Made by a program: the position numbers and the translations under genes. From Eledone cirrhosa (taxonomy: Eukaryota), in NCBI GenBank assembly GCA_964016885.1, contig OZ024743.1, positions 166,656,001-166,720,000 of the forward strand: DNA of 64,000 nucleotides. The letters are read 5' to 3'. Shown piece after piece: positions 45,880 to 59,358 of the stretch; position 1 is the stretch's first letter, and every line of letters starts with the position of its first letter. Below the pieces are notes generated by a model that worked only from the letters and a program-made list of their open reading frames with translations, did not search any database and had not been told where the DNA came from.

Positions 45880-48800
45880 TCCCTCATAACTTAGACTAAG
45901 ATCAAAGACTTACAGAAATTAGCAAGAGCAGCTGACAAACATTTTCTATTGACAGGGTTTATGATCAACGCCATGAGGTCAGCCCCATGACATAGTAAGT
46001 TTACACGGGATGATCTGTGTTTCTATTACAAGAAGTTCAGAGTAAGAGCTACCAGGTGTAAACAACTATGCAGGTTCAAGTGCTCTTCATTATCTGCTCC
46101 GGGAAACTCCAAGGCCAGCTGCTGTTAAACACCATGGTGGCCAGCAAACACAATCAACTGCTCTATATATCCATGATCGGATTTCCAGATAAAGATTCCT
46201 AATTGACACTGGAGTAGAAGTCAGTGTCATCTCAGCATTTGCAAAGGACCTCTGGTACAGAGAACGAGGTCAACCTTTGGCAGCTGCCAATGGTTCTACA
46301 ATCAAGGTGAATGGGCACTGCATTTTCTCCCTTCACATAGGCTCACAGGAATATGCATTGACATTCAGTGTTAATGATATTCATCAGCGTATCATCAGAA
46401 CAGACTTCCTCATGCCCACTTACTGCTAATCAATCTTCAGGGAAGATGACTCATCAACAACAACACGTATACCCCTGTTTCTCTGGCAACACCTGCACAT
46501 GTAGCCCCTCACATAGCAGCTGTCTCTCAGACAAAGAACGAGTTCTTGAACCTCCTTTTGAACTGCCTAAATCTCACTACCCTGACATTCTTTAAACCCA
46601 CGAAGTAAAACATCCCATTCCAGCCACTGGCCTTCCAGTACATAGTTGATCTTGTCGTCTACCACCAGACAAACTTTGCAGGTGCCGAGTTTGACAGTCA
46701 AACCTTGGTCATCACCTCTATATGTGGCACCAAAACACAACAGGTTAGCAACTTTGCAGGGATTTTCGGCATCTCAACACAAGCACTAAACCTAACCGCT
46801 ACCCCATTTCATGTATATAAGACTTCTCAGCTCAGTTAGCCGGGTGTTCAATTTTCTCAAAGATCAACCTCATCCAAGAGTATCATCAAATATGTACAAG
46901 ATGATGATTTTCCTAAAATTGTCTTTATCACCCCTTTCGGACTGTATGAATTTCACCATACACTTTTCAGCCTAAAAAACACAGCACAATTCTGTCAAAA
47001 CTTGATGGAGACTGTGTGCAAAAACTTTGTTTTTATACCTAGTTGAGATCCTTATTGCAAGTCAAAATGTGGAACTACACAAGAAGCATCTGTTAACTCT
47101 TTTTGATAGGCTTGAACAATTCAGTTTTGTAGTCAACCCTGCCAATTGTGTCATTGGTGTTAAAGAAATCAACTTTCTTGGGTATCAAATCAAAGGTACT
47201 GGGGCTACACTCCTACCAGAAAAAGTGACAGCAATCTTATCCTTTCCACGTCCCACCACAAGCGAGGCTCTGCACCAATTTGTAGGAATGGTATACTTTT
47301 ATCATCATTTCATCTCTTCTGCAGCAAGATTGATGAGACCACTGTACAAAGCGCTAACAGGAAAAAGTAAAAAAAAAACAGGTGGAGTGCAATGACCTCA
47401 GTCTTTGAATCCACAAAAGAAGCACTTGCTAAAGCAACCATGTTTTCCCAACCTCATATGTCAGTATCAACCCACTCACAGTGAATACCTCTGATACAGC
47501 CAGCAACTACAACCACCTGAAATATAGTGCTTTCGACAGGGAACTGCTAGCCACTCATTTAGGTGTCTGATACTATTTCTTGGAAGATTGAACCTCCATG
47601 ATATTCACAGACCATAAACCACTTGCCTTTGCTATGAGCAAGCTATCAGAGCCATGGTCTTCATGTCAGCACAACGCTTATCAGTCATTTCTGAGTTCAC
47701 TACAGACAATCAGCATATATCTGGAAAAAGCAACCCAATTGCTGATGTGTAGCAGTAATTTGATACTCTCCTTAATAGAGTTTCATTCGCTCCATCTAGC
47801 GGCCACCAAAAACTTGACCTTCTGTGGCATCATAGATAAGTTTCTATTGTAATCGTTTTTTAGACATCACTAGGTCTACGATTTTGACATGGAAGCCACC
47901 ATCTGCTTATTCTCGTGTTCTGGAGACAGAATGAGTAATACAGATAAATTGCAGGCTTGCAGAGTCAAAGAAAGGAGTTGTAGGTTTGATTTCGAGCAGT
48001 TAAGATGTAATAAAAAAAATCTCCCACATACCTCTGTGGGTCTCTCTCTCTCTCTCTTGGCCTCTTTCACTGTCAGACAAACGACTATCATCTCATTACA
48101 GAAGTACAGTAAATACTTTCTTTTGAATCTCAGCACACATGCATACATCACAACAAAATTCTTGTTTTTATTACATTGTCAACCTTGTAGCAGGCTATTA
48201 AGTTAATAAATATATTTTAGTAGCGATCATGTTTTATTTGTTCATTCATCAGCATTTCACATAGTGCTTATTCATGGGACAATTTTTACCTTATTCATAA
48301 TCACCCATCAACATATACTACAAAACCTGCCATACCACAATGAACACAAAACACTGAACAATGGACAAATATACATTTTATCCCCTAATAACTTCTATTG
48401 CCACATCTACAATACATTGTCTCACCAGCAAAAATGTATATTTGCTACAGTTGCACTCTCTAGAGCCCTATTGACTCTGACACCTACATAACCTCGATAA
48501 CAGAAGGTCTTGACAATGATGCTATGGTTGTAGCTCAACAAACAGATGATGACATCATGGCCTACTGCACTGCTGTTACTTCCCTTTCCTTGCAGGATAT
48601 ACATTTCGGCTCCAACAGAATAACCCTCCTTTGTGATGTGTCCACCAGGAAACCATGACCAATCATCTTGTTAGCCTAGCACAGATAAGTTTTTGATATC
48701 ATTCATGAACTTTCTCACTTAAGTACGAAAGCCACGTGGTGCCTGATGCCACACACATTTGTCTGGCATGGTATGGCCAAGCAAATTGGGGAGTCAACCA

Positions 48801-49931
48801 AAACTTGCATTTCCTGCCAACAAGCTAAAATCTATCAGCATACTAAAGCACCTCTCGACAGCTATGAACCCCAACAGGCCTGTTTAAGCCATATTAACAT
48901 TGCCCTACCACCACCATTTACTGACCATGGTAGGTCATTTTACTTGGCCTGATCCCATATTTCTCTGCAACATGGAAACACAAAGAAATTACTTGCACCT
49001 TCATTACAACTTGGGTCACTCATTCTGGTGTCCCAGACAACATCTCCTTTGACCACAGACCTCAAATTACCTTGAACCTGTGGAATGACATGTGTGAACT
49101 TTTTGGCATCAACATGAAACACACAAGAGCCTATCACCCCCATGCTAACAGCTATGTAGAGAGATTTCACTGCTGCTTGAAGGAATCCCTCACAACCAGA
49201 TTTAACGGGCCCAATTGGATCAACCAACTTTCATGGGTAATGTTGGGAATCCACACTGCCCCTGTGGAAATAGTATACAGTGCTCTGCGTACTGTGCAGG
49301 GGAATTCATTTCAAACATGAAGTCAGACCTAGATGCCAAAAAGTATCTTGAACAACACAGAGAAAACGTGGGCCAGTTATGCCCTACTCCTATGTTAACA
49401 CATGATACACCTAAGTCCTCTGTACCAAATCACCTCCACAAAGTGAAGTTTGTTTTCGTTCATCGTGATGCATGACGAAAACCCTTCAGTCACCCTATGA
49501 CAGACTATACAAAGTGATTCATTCAGGAGACAAGTCATTTCAACTCCTGATTGGAGGATGACAGGACGTGGTTTCCAGTGATAGATTAAAACCAGCCAAC
49601 CTTGACATTAACAGCCCCACTCAAGTAGCTTAACCACCAAACAGAGGTCATGCTAAGCAAGTCACACCGACTTCTGACAATGAACAATCGCCAAGGAACC
49701 AAATAACTACATGCATGGATCAGGTGGTAAAAATACCTTATCGGTTCCAACGACAATCAACAGTTCTGAGAGGGAGCTATGTAGAGCATTGCCTGTTAGC
49801 TAGTAAAAGACGAACTCTTGATGAAGGACCTTTTACTACAGACTTGTTATTGAACAGATCAGAAGAGAAATTACCCAATGAGGAGGGTAAAAAGAACTAG
49901 AATTTAGGGGTAGATTGCTTTTTCTTACATT
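45880..49931 (+). mobile_element. Old decayed Ty3/Gypsy element A (gag end, pol, PPT, start of 3' LTR)
   Basis: LIDTG protease, TDHKPLAFA RNase H, AYHPHANSYVERFH integrase; GGGAAAC near 46100; PPT gagagggagc before TGTAGAG at 49780. Confidence 0.85.
47748..48449 (+). mobile_element. Solo LTR inserted in pol of element A
   Basis: TGTAGCA...TGCTACA ends; TSD GATG/GTTG; removing it restores the ADALSR codons. Confidence 0.82.
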
Positions 49932-50912
49932 TATAACGGCGGCGAAGATTCGAAACCGAATCTGAGCTTTCCCGCCTCTGGGACAAGCCGTGGCTACTTG
50001 TTTACGCCCGGTTGACCAACCCCTTGGGAGATGCTAACCACAGGTCAGAGGTTGTTTACACCTGGCAGAAAAGAGGTCAGATGATATATCCATCCTTCTA
50101 ACTTCAACCGTTATAAATACAAGGGTTGTTTACGCCCGGCAGACCAATTCCTTGGGAGATGCTAACCACAGGTCAGATGATATATCTATCCTTCTAACTT
50201 CAACCCTTATAAATACAAGGGTTGTTTACACCCGGCAGAAAAAGGGAGACCACAGACAAGACAGGACGTACTTCACCAACGCTGTCAATACTCCCTTCAC
50301 GAAAAACAGTCTGTCCACTAATTTCTCACACGCCATTCCCGCCTGGCTGATTGATTACTACTACTGCTAAGACAAGAAAGTATACTAATACGCACACACG
50401 CACACATAGTAGGTTCACACAGTTTTCATTTTACATGCACCAATTCTGTCTGTCATATTGTATCTTTCAGATACAACACAAATTTTATTATAATCGTATT
50501 CTGTGATACTTGTATTTACGTGGCTCGAAGAGCCGCCAACTCATTGTACGAATATTTCATGTTATAGATTTTATCATTCAATATTCAAATTGAATATTGT
50601 TATAATAAAATAAACATTGTAACAACACAATCCTGGTATTATTCTTTGCATTGAAATCATCATACCAACAATTCCATCTATTCGTTACACATTTGTAAAC
50701 GATTGTCATGCAATAAGTAACAATTCAACAAATCACCGTTTGTTGTTAATTTGCATGTAGTTTAACTAAAGCTATATATGCATATATATATATATATAAA
50801 TATATATCATCATACCAACAATTTTGAAATCATCATACCAACAATTCCAATTATCCGTTACAACTGGTGACCCCGTGAAACAGACACACAACCTTCTGAT
50901 TATTCACTACAA

Positions 50913-53459
50913 ATGATGTCTCTAGCACACATCGATTCATCTACGGCAGAAATGGCAGTCCGGGTGGCGTTTACATTAAAGATACCACCGTTCTGGGTGC
51001 ACGATCTAACACTGTGGTTCGCGCACATCGAAGCGCAGTTCGCATCGAACCGGATCGTTAGCGAGGCATCTCGTTTAACACATGTCATTGGTTCGATGTC
51101 TCCGGAGATTATGAATGAGGTTCGAGACCTCATTTTAGCTCCACCCGGTTCTGTGTCATATGACACATTTGAAACAATGTTAATTAAGAGGACGTCAGAG
51201 TCACAGCAGAAGCGCTTGCACCAGGTCCTCATATCGGAGGAATTAAGAGATAAAAAGCCGACGCAACTCCTACGGCGAATGAAGCAGCTCCTGGGTGAAC
51301 ATAAACTCCCGGATGAAATTTTCAAGCAACTCTTCCTCCAGCGTTTGCCTTCTGCCACACAAGTTGTCTTAGCGTCCACCAGGGAGTCTACCTCCATTGA
51401 AGAACTCGCCGAGCTGGCAGATAAAATCACGCAGGTACCACATCCGCACTCAACTTTAGCGAATGTGACGCCAGACGTGCCTTTCACCAATCCCTTCCTT
51501 CAACCCTCCAGTGCCACATAGATGCCCGATCTACACCAGTTACTGGCACAGCAAGCAACAGATACATGCCTTGACGCAACAAATTCAGGCCTTGTCACTG
51601 GGTAACCCTGCCACGCGTCGGTCTAACAGTCGAACTCGACGATTCGGTAGTCGCTCAAGAAGTCCGAGCGCATGTCGTGATTCACAAGAAATGTGTTGGT
51701 ACCACCAAAAATTCGGAAGACGGGCGCGCAAGTGCAGCCATCCCTGTTCATTTGTGTCGATGTCGAATCAGGGAAACGACACAGCCAAAATACTGAATGC
51801 GACGGACGATTCTGGCCCTCATAATCAAAGTCACCTGTTTTTCATTCAGGATCGCGTCATAGGCACACGTTTCCTGGCCGACACCAGTTTTGAAGTCAGC
51901 ATCATCCCGGTTTCCTGCGTTCCTGGAAAAAGGAAAGAAACACCAGCATGGCTCCATGCGGTGAATCATTCACCTATTCCGACCAACGGAAAGCAGTCCC
52001 TGACACTAAATTTAGGACTACGCCGCACTTTCCCTTGGGTATTCGTTGTGGCTAAGCTGCCGACCTCTATTTTAGGAGCTGATTTTCTTCAGCACTTCTC
52101 ACTGCTAGTGGACCTGAAAAACAGACGACTCGTTGACAACTCCACTGGTTTTGCTGTGCGCGGCATAGCCGCTCGGACAGCCACAGTCAGTCCAGTTATT
52201 TCACGATCGGCAACAACAACCCGGCACAGCTATATAATCAACAAATATCCAGATGTAGCTCGACCAGTATTCAACGCTTGCCCTGTAAAACATGACGTCA
52301 CCCACCACATAAAAACACACGGCCCACACGCTGCACGACCTAGAAGGCTACCACCAGACCGTCTGAAGTCCGTCAGACAAGAACTTCAACACATGCTGGA
52401 TCTCGGCATTATACATCCGTCCAGCAGCAACCGGTCCTCACCCATACAATGTGTACCCAAGAAGTCGTCGAACGACTGGCGAATCTGTGGCGACTACCGT
52501 GCACTGAACAACTGCACCGTGCCTGACTCTTATCCAGTGCCTCATCTACAGGACTTCTCTAGCTCGCTGCACGGGGCTCGCATATTTTCGAAGATCCATC
52601 TTGTACGAGCTTACAATCAGATACCTGTGGAGCCCGCTGATATTCCGAAGACCGCAGTCACAACACACTTTGGAATGTTCGAATTCCTGCGTATGCCTTT
52701 TGGTTTGCGTAATGCAGCGCAGACATTGCAACGGTTCATCGATAGTCACCAGATGTCTACCTTTTGTATATACATTGATGACTTACTGGTGGCCAGCGGC
52801 TCCCATGAAGAACATGAGAGGCACCTGCACCTGCTATTCGCACGTTTGCGTGAATACGGAATTGTTATCAACCCCAGCAAATGTGAGTTAGGAGTTGCGT
52901 CCCTTCATTTTCTGGGACACATCATTGACAAAGATAGTATTCGCCCACTTAAGGAGAAGGAGAAAGTCAAATCCATCATTGATTTTCCACAACCTACATC
53001 TTTCCGCAAACTGCGTGAATTTCTTGGCCTGGTGAACTTCTACAGAAGATTTATACCCCACTGTTCAGAGACAGCCCAACCGCTCACAGATTTGCTGCGG
53101 CAGCGTACAACCAAAAACGCGAACATCAATCTCAGCGAAAAAGAATGTATCGCTTTCGCTGAGTTGAAGAAAATGTTGTCCGAGGCTACAATGCTGAGTT
53201 ACCCCAAACCTGAGGCCCCAATCTGTTTATTGACTGATGCATCCGATTTCGGAGTTGGAGGTGTGCTTCAACAACTCTCTGGCGATATTTGGCGACCTGT
53301 ATCTTTTTTCTCTAAGCGATTAAAACCCGCCGAAACTAAGTACAGCACATTCAGTCGTGAATTATTAGCAGCATACCTTGCTGTCAAGCATTTTCGACAC
53401 ATGCTAGAAGGTCGTGTGTTCTCCATATACACCAACCACAAACCACTAGTGTACGCGTT
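50913..53459 (+). pseudogene. Element B gag and PR-RT-RNase H, frameshifted
   Basis: PPFW...[27 protein letters not shown] (CHCC), YIDD, LTDASD, RELLA. Confidence 0.9.
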
Positions 53460-54522
53460 TTTAGGAAATTGGTATCGGTGTACATGCAACATAATATAAA
53501 AGACAGTAAATACCGGTGTGTGTGTGGTAATAAAGTTTTTACTTCATGGAAGTCAAAAGGCATTAAATATAAGGGTTTGTTACCCGATGGTCATAATACA
53601 AGGCTGAAGTTGGTAGAGACATCTTAGGCTCTCATCTCAGGCTGCAAGTTGCATTGAGCTTGGTAACGAAAGGGTCGTCAAGAAGGAATCACAAGCTAAG
53701 GTCGAAGGTGTTACCACTTCAGGAATCAGGAGGCGAGAGAGGGATTTCGTGGTCAACCGCTCCTTTTATATCTGTTGACCGGAAGTGACCACCAGGGAGT
53801 CTGTCAATCCCAAAGGGAAGCAACTCCACCTACTTCCTGTCTAGAGAGCGGTGATGAGATTGTCATGGCAGGGGAGGCAACTCTTACTACATTATCTCCC
53901 GCCAGATTTTAAAACGTAAAAATCGAAAGAAGCATGCATGGAGTAAGATGGCGGGCATGTAAGAGGCATGAGAACTATGGTACAGAGTAATGGAAGTAAG
54001 AGAAGAGGTCAAAAGTTCAAATATCTAAAATACAGTTAACATGTGTGCAGTCACATGACAGCAGTAAAGAATGTGTTCCAGAGAATGAATGCAGGTGGTT
54101 TCTGGGCTGTGGTATAACATGAAATGTCCAACTTCCGAAGGTAATTTCTCACAGGCAGAGTGCTGCAGAAATAAATTGTCTGGCTTGTTCTGCTGGTTTT
54201 AGTTGTTGATGAAGCTGTGTTGTTGTCGTTGATGTTGTGAATGCGTTGACCTGGAAGGGTCAAGAGGCCAGCGACCAGAGAAATAAGCATTCTTAATAAA
54301 TGCGCGGTTTTCAACGGTAAATTTACGTGGTAAATTTATAAACCGGCAAATAGAAGAATATAGCTTAAAATGTTCGTTGTAAAGGAAACGAAAAACATAT
54401 ATATACATCCAGTGAAATGGTAATGAGAAGTACATTGCAATACAATAAATCAATAAATAACAAGAACAGCAAAAAAAATATATATATATAAGGCTCCAAT
54501 GGCCAGTTCACATAAAAATAGT

Positions 54523-57500
54523 TTAGCAGAACTTTTTGGGCCAGTGGACTCTCCGACCGGAACGGGTCGTAGTCTTGTATGTAGGTGAAGGTGGGGCAGA
54601 AGGAGCAGGTGTATGCACAAGAGAGAAAGATTGGGATATTTGTGGCTCGGGTGTATGAGCGTCATTGTGTGCCCTTTTCAGTCTATCCACCGAAATTGTC
54701 TCTCTGGACCCCTTAACGTCTACAGTGAAATGTTTGTCAGTGCGTGATAACACACGGTAGGGTCCAGAGTATGGTTGTGTGAGGGGTGGTCTCACAGCAT
54801 CGTTCCTTACGAACACATGGGTCCACGAGGCAATGTCCCTCGGGACCGCAGGTTTTACAGTTTGCTTCCTCGTATCCATCGGCGGCAGGTCCTGTAAATA
54901 AGAACGCAGACGGGATACGTAGGAAAGCGGATCTTGGAAAGCAAGATCAACAGGAGCAAGCATTTGCCCAGGCAACGCTAGAGGAGCACCGTAAATTAAT
55001 TCAGCCGGGGAGAACCCAAGGTCCTCCTTTATTGATGACCGAATTCCTAATAACACAATAGGAAGGTATTCGCTCCAACGTTGAGAGTCTGGATAGGCGC
55101 GAAGAGCGGCCTTTAATTGGCGGTGGAATCGTTCCACCATTCCATTTGAAGCAGGATGATAGGCTGTGGTCCGAATCCGTTGAGCTCCAATTATTTTGGT
55201 GAGCTCAGAGAAGAGATGGGACTCGAATTGTCTACCGCAGTCTGTGGTGAGTGTAGTTGGTACCCCAAAGCGGGTAATCCACCCTGATACCAGGGCACGT
55301 GCTACAGTCTCAGCAGTCATGTCTTGTAAAGGGATGGCTTCAGGCCATCGCGAAAAACGATCGACACACGTCAATATGTAGGAATATCCACTGCTGAATG
55401 GCCAAGGTCCAACGATGTCAATGTGGATGTGTTGGAACCGAGCATCTGGAGTGGTGAAAGTACCCAGTGGAGTCCGGATGTGTCTATGGATCTTCGATTT
55501 CTGGCAAGCGATACAGGAACGGCACCAAGCAGCAATGTCGCGCCTCATATTTGGCCAGAAGAATCTGGCTGTTATGAGTTTAACTGTGGCAGCAGATCCT
55601 GGATGAGAAATGTTGTGCAAAGCCAGGAACACAATTCGACGGTGAGTCTGAGGAACAAGTGGTCGTGGTGCATCAGTGGATACATCACAAAGAATCTGCC
55701 TGTCGGTGGTGGACAAGGGCAGATATTTGAAAATGCAAGTCGCAAATTCAGTAGAAAGAGTGTCCAACGATTGGAGTGGAGGTTGGTCTGCAGCTAAACG
55801 ACCTAAGTCGATCTCCTGGGATGACGAGATGGAGCTAATTGGCAAACGTGATAATGCGTCTGCAACTATGTTGTGCGAGCCGGCAATGTGCTGGATATCG
55901 TTTGTAAATTGTGAAACGTAGTCCAGGTGCCTTGTCTCTCTGGGCGAATATCTGTCGGCTTTGGCCCTCAAAGCGAAGGTCAACGGTTTGTGGTCGGTAA
56001 AAACCGTAAAATTTCTCCCCTCAAGGATATGAGAGAAATGTTTTACCGACAGATATATGGCTAATAATTCCCGCCCAAACGTGCTATAACGCGTTTCTAC
56101 TGGTTTCAACTTCCTCGAGAAAAATGCCAAAGGTTGTTGGTTTTCCGCGTAAGACTGCTGTAAAACTGCTCCAACAGCGGTATCAGATGCATCAACACAA
56201 AGCGAAAGCTTGGCCTCTGGTACCGGGTGGGCTAGCAAAGAAGAACTAGCGAGGGCTGTCTTGGCAGACTGGAAGTCCTGAAGCTGTCCTTGTGTCAAGG
56301 AAATGTCTTCATTCTTCTTACGACGATTTTTTAAAATGTCAGTAAGGGAAGATAGCCAATTAGCACAATGAGGAATGAAACGCCTATAGAAATTGATTAG
56401 GCCTAAGAAGTGACGCAACTGGTGAAGTGTAGTAGGCGGAGGTAACTCCTGTATGGCTTGAACTCGCTGAGGGAGCGGTCTAATACCTTCGGCGTCGATG
56501 AGGTGGCCCAAAAAATGTAGGGAAGTGGAACCGAAAACACACTTTGCAGGATTCACGCGAACGCGGTAATCCTGAAGTCGCCGAAGTAAGAGAAGCATGT
56601 GGCGCATATGCTCTTCCGGAGAGGAACTAGCGACGAGAATATCGTCTATGTAAGCATAGACGAAGTCCAGACCACGCGTGACCTCGTCTATGAACCACTG
56701 AAAAGTGCTAGCGGCGTTCCTGAGTCCGAAAGGCATGGTCAAAAATTCGAATGATCCGAAAGGGGTTGTAATTGCAGTTTTCGGAATATCCTCCTTCCTG
56801 ACCGGAATTTGGTGGTAGGCTCGCACTAAATCTAACTTAGAAAAAATCTTACACCCCTGCAGTGAAGATGCAAAATCGTGGAGATGGGGAATGGGATACC
56901 TATCCGGGACGGTCATGGCATTTAACCTCCTATAATCCCCCGTGGGTCTCCAGTCGCCGAAAGTCTTGGGCACCATGTGTAACGGTGAAGCCCAAGGACT
57001 CGTAGATAGACGAATAATGCCCAGCTGCAGCATATGGTCGAACTCTGACCGTGCTACCTTTAATTTTTCTGTCGGTAAGCGGCGTGGACGCGAAAACACT
57101 GGGGCACCGGTGGTGGAAACGAAATGTTCGGTCGAGTGTGCTGGGTCAGTGACTCGAAAATTTCCATCCGTGAGCTCCGGGAAAGAACCCAGTAACGCAT
57201 GGTAAGCGTCACCAGCGGCAGCGATAAAGAACACGGGGCTGACTATTGGGGCATTGGCTTCCTGGCCATGAATTGAAAAGCCGGTGATGTTATCCACCAG
57301 GCGTTGGCCACGGACGTCCACAGTTAAAGAGAAGTTGTGGAGGAAATCCGCTCCTAAGATGGGATATGGCAAATCGGCAACCGTAAAAATCCACTTAAAA
57401 TCCCTTCGAAGATTTAGGAATTTAAGAGGGAGCGAGATTTGCCCGTACGTCTTTATAGACGAGTGGTTAACTGCCTGCAGCGTAACAGATGACTCTATGG

Positions 57501-57636
57501 GGGTATCTTTCAGGCAATGGACCGGCCAGATACTACAGGAGGCTCCTGTATCCACGAGGAAACCTCTTCCGGATATTAGGTCCTTAATGAAGAAATGGCG
57601 GTTTGGTGGCTTTATGTTGAGGCCATCTGTCCCCAT
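54523..57636 (-). CDS. Intact Gypsy pol polyprotein (PR, RT, RNase H, integrase)
   Basis: LVDTGA, YIDD, VDASD, TDHKPL, HHCC zinc domain, DDE core and SGPY motif in one 1037-aa frame. Confidence 0.95.
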   Translation of the reverse strand: MGTDGLNIKPPNRHFFIKDLISGRGFLVDTGASCSIWPVHCLKDTPIESSVTLQAVNHSSIKTYGQISLPLKFLNLRRDFKWIFTVADLPYPILGADFLHNFSLTVDVRGQRLVDNITGFSIHGQEANAPIVSPVFFIAAAGDAYHALLGSFPELTDGNFRVTDPAHSTEHFVSTTGAPVFSRPRRLPTEKLKVARSEFDHMLQLGIIRLSTSPWASPLHMVPKTFGDWRPTGDYRRLNAMTVPDRYPIPHLHDFASSLQGCKIFSKLDLVRAYHQIPVRKEDIPKTAITTPFGSFEFLTMPFGLRNAASTFQWFIDEVTRGLDFVYAYIDDILVASSSPEEHMRHMLLLLRRLQDYRVRVNPAKCVFGSTSLHFLGHLIDAEGIRPLPQRVQAIQELPPPTTLHQLRHFLGLINFYRRFIPHCANWLSSLTDILKNRRKKNEDISLTQGQLQDFQSAKTALASSSLLAHPVPEAKLSLCVDASDTAVGAVLQQSYAENQQPLAFFSRKLKPVETRYSTFGRELLAIYLSVKHFSHILEGRNFTVFTDHKPLTFALRAKADRYSPRETRHLDYVSQFTNDIQHIAGSHNIVADALSRLPISSISSSQEIDLGRLAADQPPLQSLDTLSTEFATCIFKYLPLSTTDRQILCDVSTDAPRPLVPQTHRRIVFLALHNISHPGSAATVKLITARFFWPNMRRDIAAWCRSCIACQKSKIHRHIRTPLGTFTTPDARFQHIHIDIVGPWPFSSGYSYILTCVDRFSRWPEAIPLQDMTAETVARALVSGWITRFGVPTTLTTDCGRQFESHLFSELTKIIGAQRIRTTAYHPASNGMVERFHRQLKAALRAYPDSQRWSEYLPIVLLGIRSSIKEDLGFSPAELIYGAPLALPGQMLAPVDLAFQDPLSYVSRLRSYLQDLPPMDTRKQTVKPAVPRDIASWTHVFVRNDAVRPPLTQPYSGPYRVLSRTDKHFTVDVKGSRETISVDRLKRAHNDAHTPEPQISQSFSLVHTPAPSAPPSPTYKTTTRSGRRVHWPKKFC

Positions 57637-57647
57637 CAGAGGACCTC

Positions 57648-58442
57648 TTATGCGTTTACCGCCTTATGATAGGAGCAAGGTTGCACGCAGTGCTTCGCGT
57701 TCTCAGCAAATCGCTCGTGGTACCAGCATAGGGATGAAGCTGGTGATTTGGAACGCCGTCTGAAACTTTGCGATCTCCCGCGACTGCGGGAGCGCGAACA
57801 GCCACCACACAAGGCCTTCATCTTGTGGAGCTCCATGGTGAGCTCCTGAATGGACCTTTGCATCGCAATGATAGTCGAGCTGTCTGTTGGTGCTGCCGCG
57901 TAGATCGCATGGCCGTGTGTGGCCCGAGCTGGGTGTTGAACAGCGGCGAGGGGGTCGCTGTCTCCGACATTCGTCACCTCGAAAATTTTGTCCGCAGATG
58001 AGGCAAGCTGCTCAACCGTGCTTGAATCCCTCATGGGGGCCAAAATTGCCTGTACGTTTGTCGGCAGGCGCGAAAAGAACAACTGCTTCAGCAGGACAGT
58101 TTCCACTGCAGACCCCTCCGTTAGGTCCTTCATTCGCCTAAGGAGGTTCGATGGGGTGCCATCCCCTATATGCTCCAGATGGACCAGAGCCCTAAATCTC
58201 TTCTCTGAAGACTGTTCTGTCCGGCTGAGTATTTCAGCCTTCAGAGACGTGTACGACGAGTCTGTCGTTGCCTCTAACACGAGGTCCTTAACCGCTGGGA
58301 GAATTGCCGGCGGAATTGCGCTGAGGACCACAGAATGTTGTAGTTACTTGTTAACTCTGTTCGCCCTGAAGAAAGCTTCTAACTGCGAGAACCATAGCCT
58401 TACGTCGCCCGTGTACGTTGGCAGAACAGAGTGGGAAGCCAT
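57648..58442 (-). pseudogene. Element C gag with one premature stop
   Basis: MASHSVLPTY...WFSQLEAFF; TAA at 58344-58346; CWYHERFAENAKHCVQPC. Confidence 0.88.
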
Positions 58443-58909
58443 TGGTATGCCGTAGTAATCTACCGTTTGGGAAAAATGTCTCTAACGTAACAGAAAAGGA
58501 AAACTAAATTCTTTCGTCAGACCACTGGACCGGAAAAATAATGCATCCGGGACAATGTGCGAACAAGCGATTACTTGAATGCTGTTATACTACGTTAAGT
58601 GCGAGGAACCTAAAAACTAAAAAAAAAAAAATCCAACATGGCGGACTATTTCGCGCCAAAAACACTATTGATGGAGAAGAGAGACTCCATCTTGTCATCC
58701 TCAGAAATTTTTTAGCCAGAGAAGCGAAAGGCAGAAAAGGAGAGAAAACAGAAGGCAAAAACATTTATACAATTGCGGTTTGTCTGTGTGTCAATAATTG
58801 TAGGTGTTCCTTTTGTATTAAATTATATTTTTCTCTCTTTTTTTTTTTTTATATCATATTAAATACACTGTATACCATTTCCCATTCTTTTTTTTTTTTT
58901 TTTTTAAAT

Positions 58910-58925
58910 CACGTCGGGGTCACCA
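58910..58925 (-). promoter_or_regulatory. Primer-binding site complementary to the tRNA-Trp 3' end
   Basis: TGGTGACCCCGACGTG, 1 nt from the 5' LTR; a tRNA-Trp PBS and CHCC gag are known CsRn1-lineage traits. Confidence 0.85.
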
Positions 58926-59358
58926 CTTTAGGAAATTGGTATCGGTGTACATGCAACATAATATAAAAGACAGTAAATACCGGTGTGTGTGTGGTAATAA
59001 AGTTTTTACTTCATGGAAGTCAAAAGGCATTAAATATAAGGGTTTATTACCCGATGGTCATAATACAAGGCTGAAGTTGGTAGAGACATCTTAGGCTCTC
59101 ATCTCAGGCTGCAAGTTGCATTGAGCTTGGTAACGAAAGGGTCGTCAAGAAGGAATCACAAGCTAAGGTCGAAGGTGTTACCACTTCAGGAATCAGGAGG
59201 CGAGAGAGGGATTTCGTGGTCAACCGCTCCTTTTATATCTGTTGACCGGAAGTGACCACCAGGGAGTCTGTCAATCCTAAAGGGAAGCAACTCCACCTAC
59301 TTCCTGTCTAGAGAGCGGTGATGAGATTGTCATGGCAGGGGAGGAAACTCTTACTACA

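Larger units (their letters stand above)
53460..59358 (-). mobile_element. Young Ty3/Gypsy element C (CsRn1-like), nested in RNase H of element B
   Basis: 432-bp LTRs 53460-53891 and 58927-59358 with 3 differences found by eye; TSD CGTT; PPT ggcgggagataa. Confidence 0.96.

Noticed and set aside
54051-54665. env-like or extra ORF in the 3' region of element C
   Set aside because: Only short ORFs under 90 aa with no recognisable motif; treated as 3' UTR.
54786-58966. Plus-strand ORFs overlapping element C
   Set aside because: Antisense shadows of gag and pol or UTR sequence.
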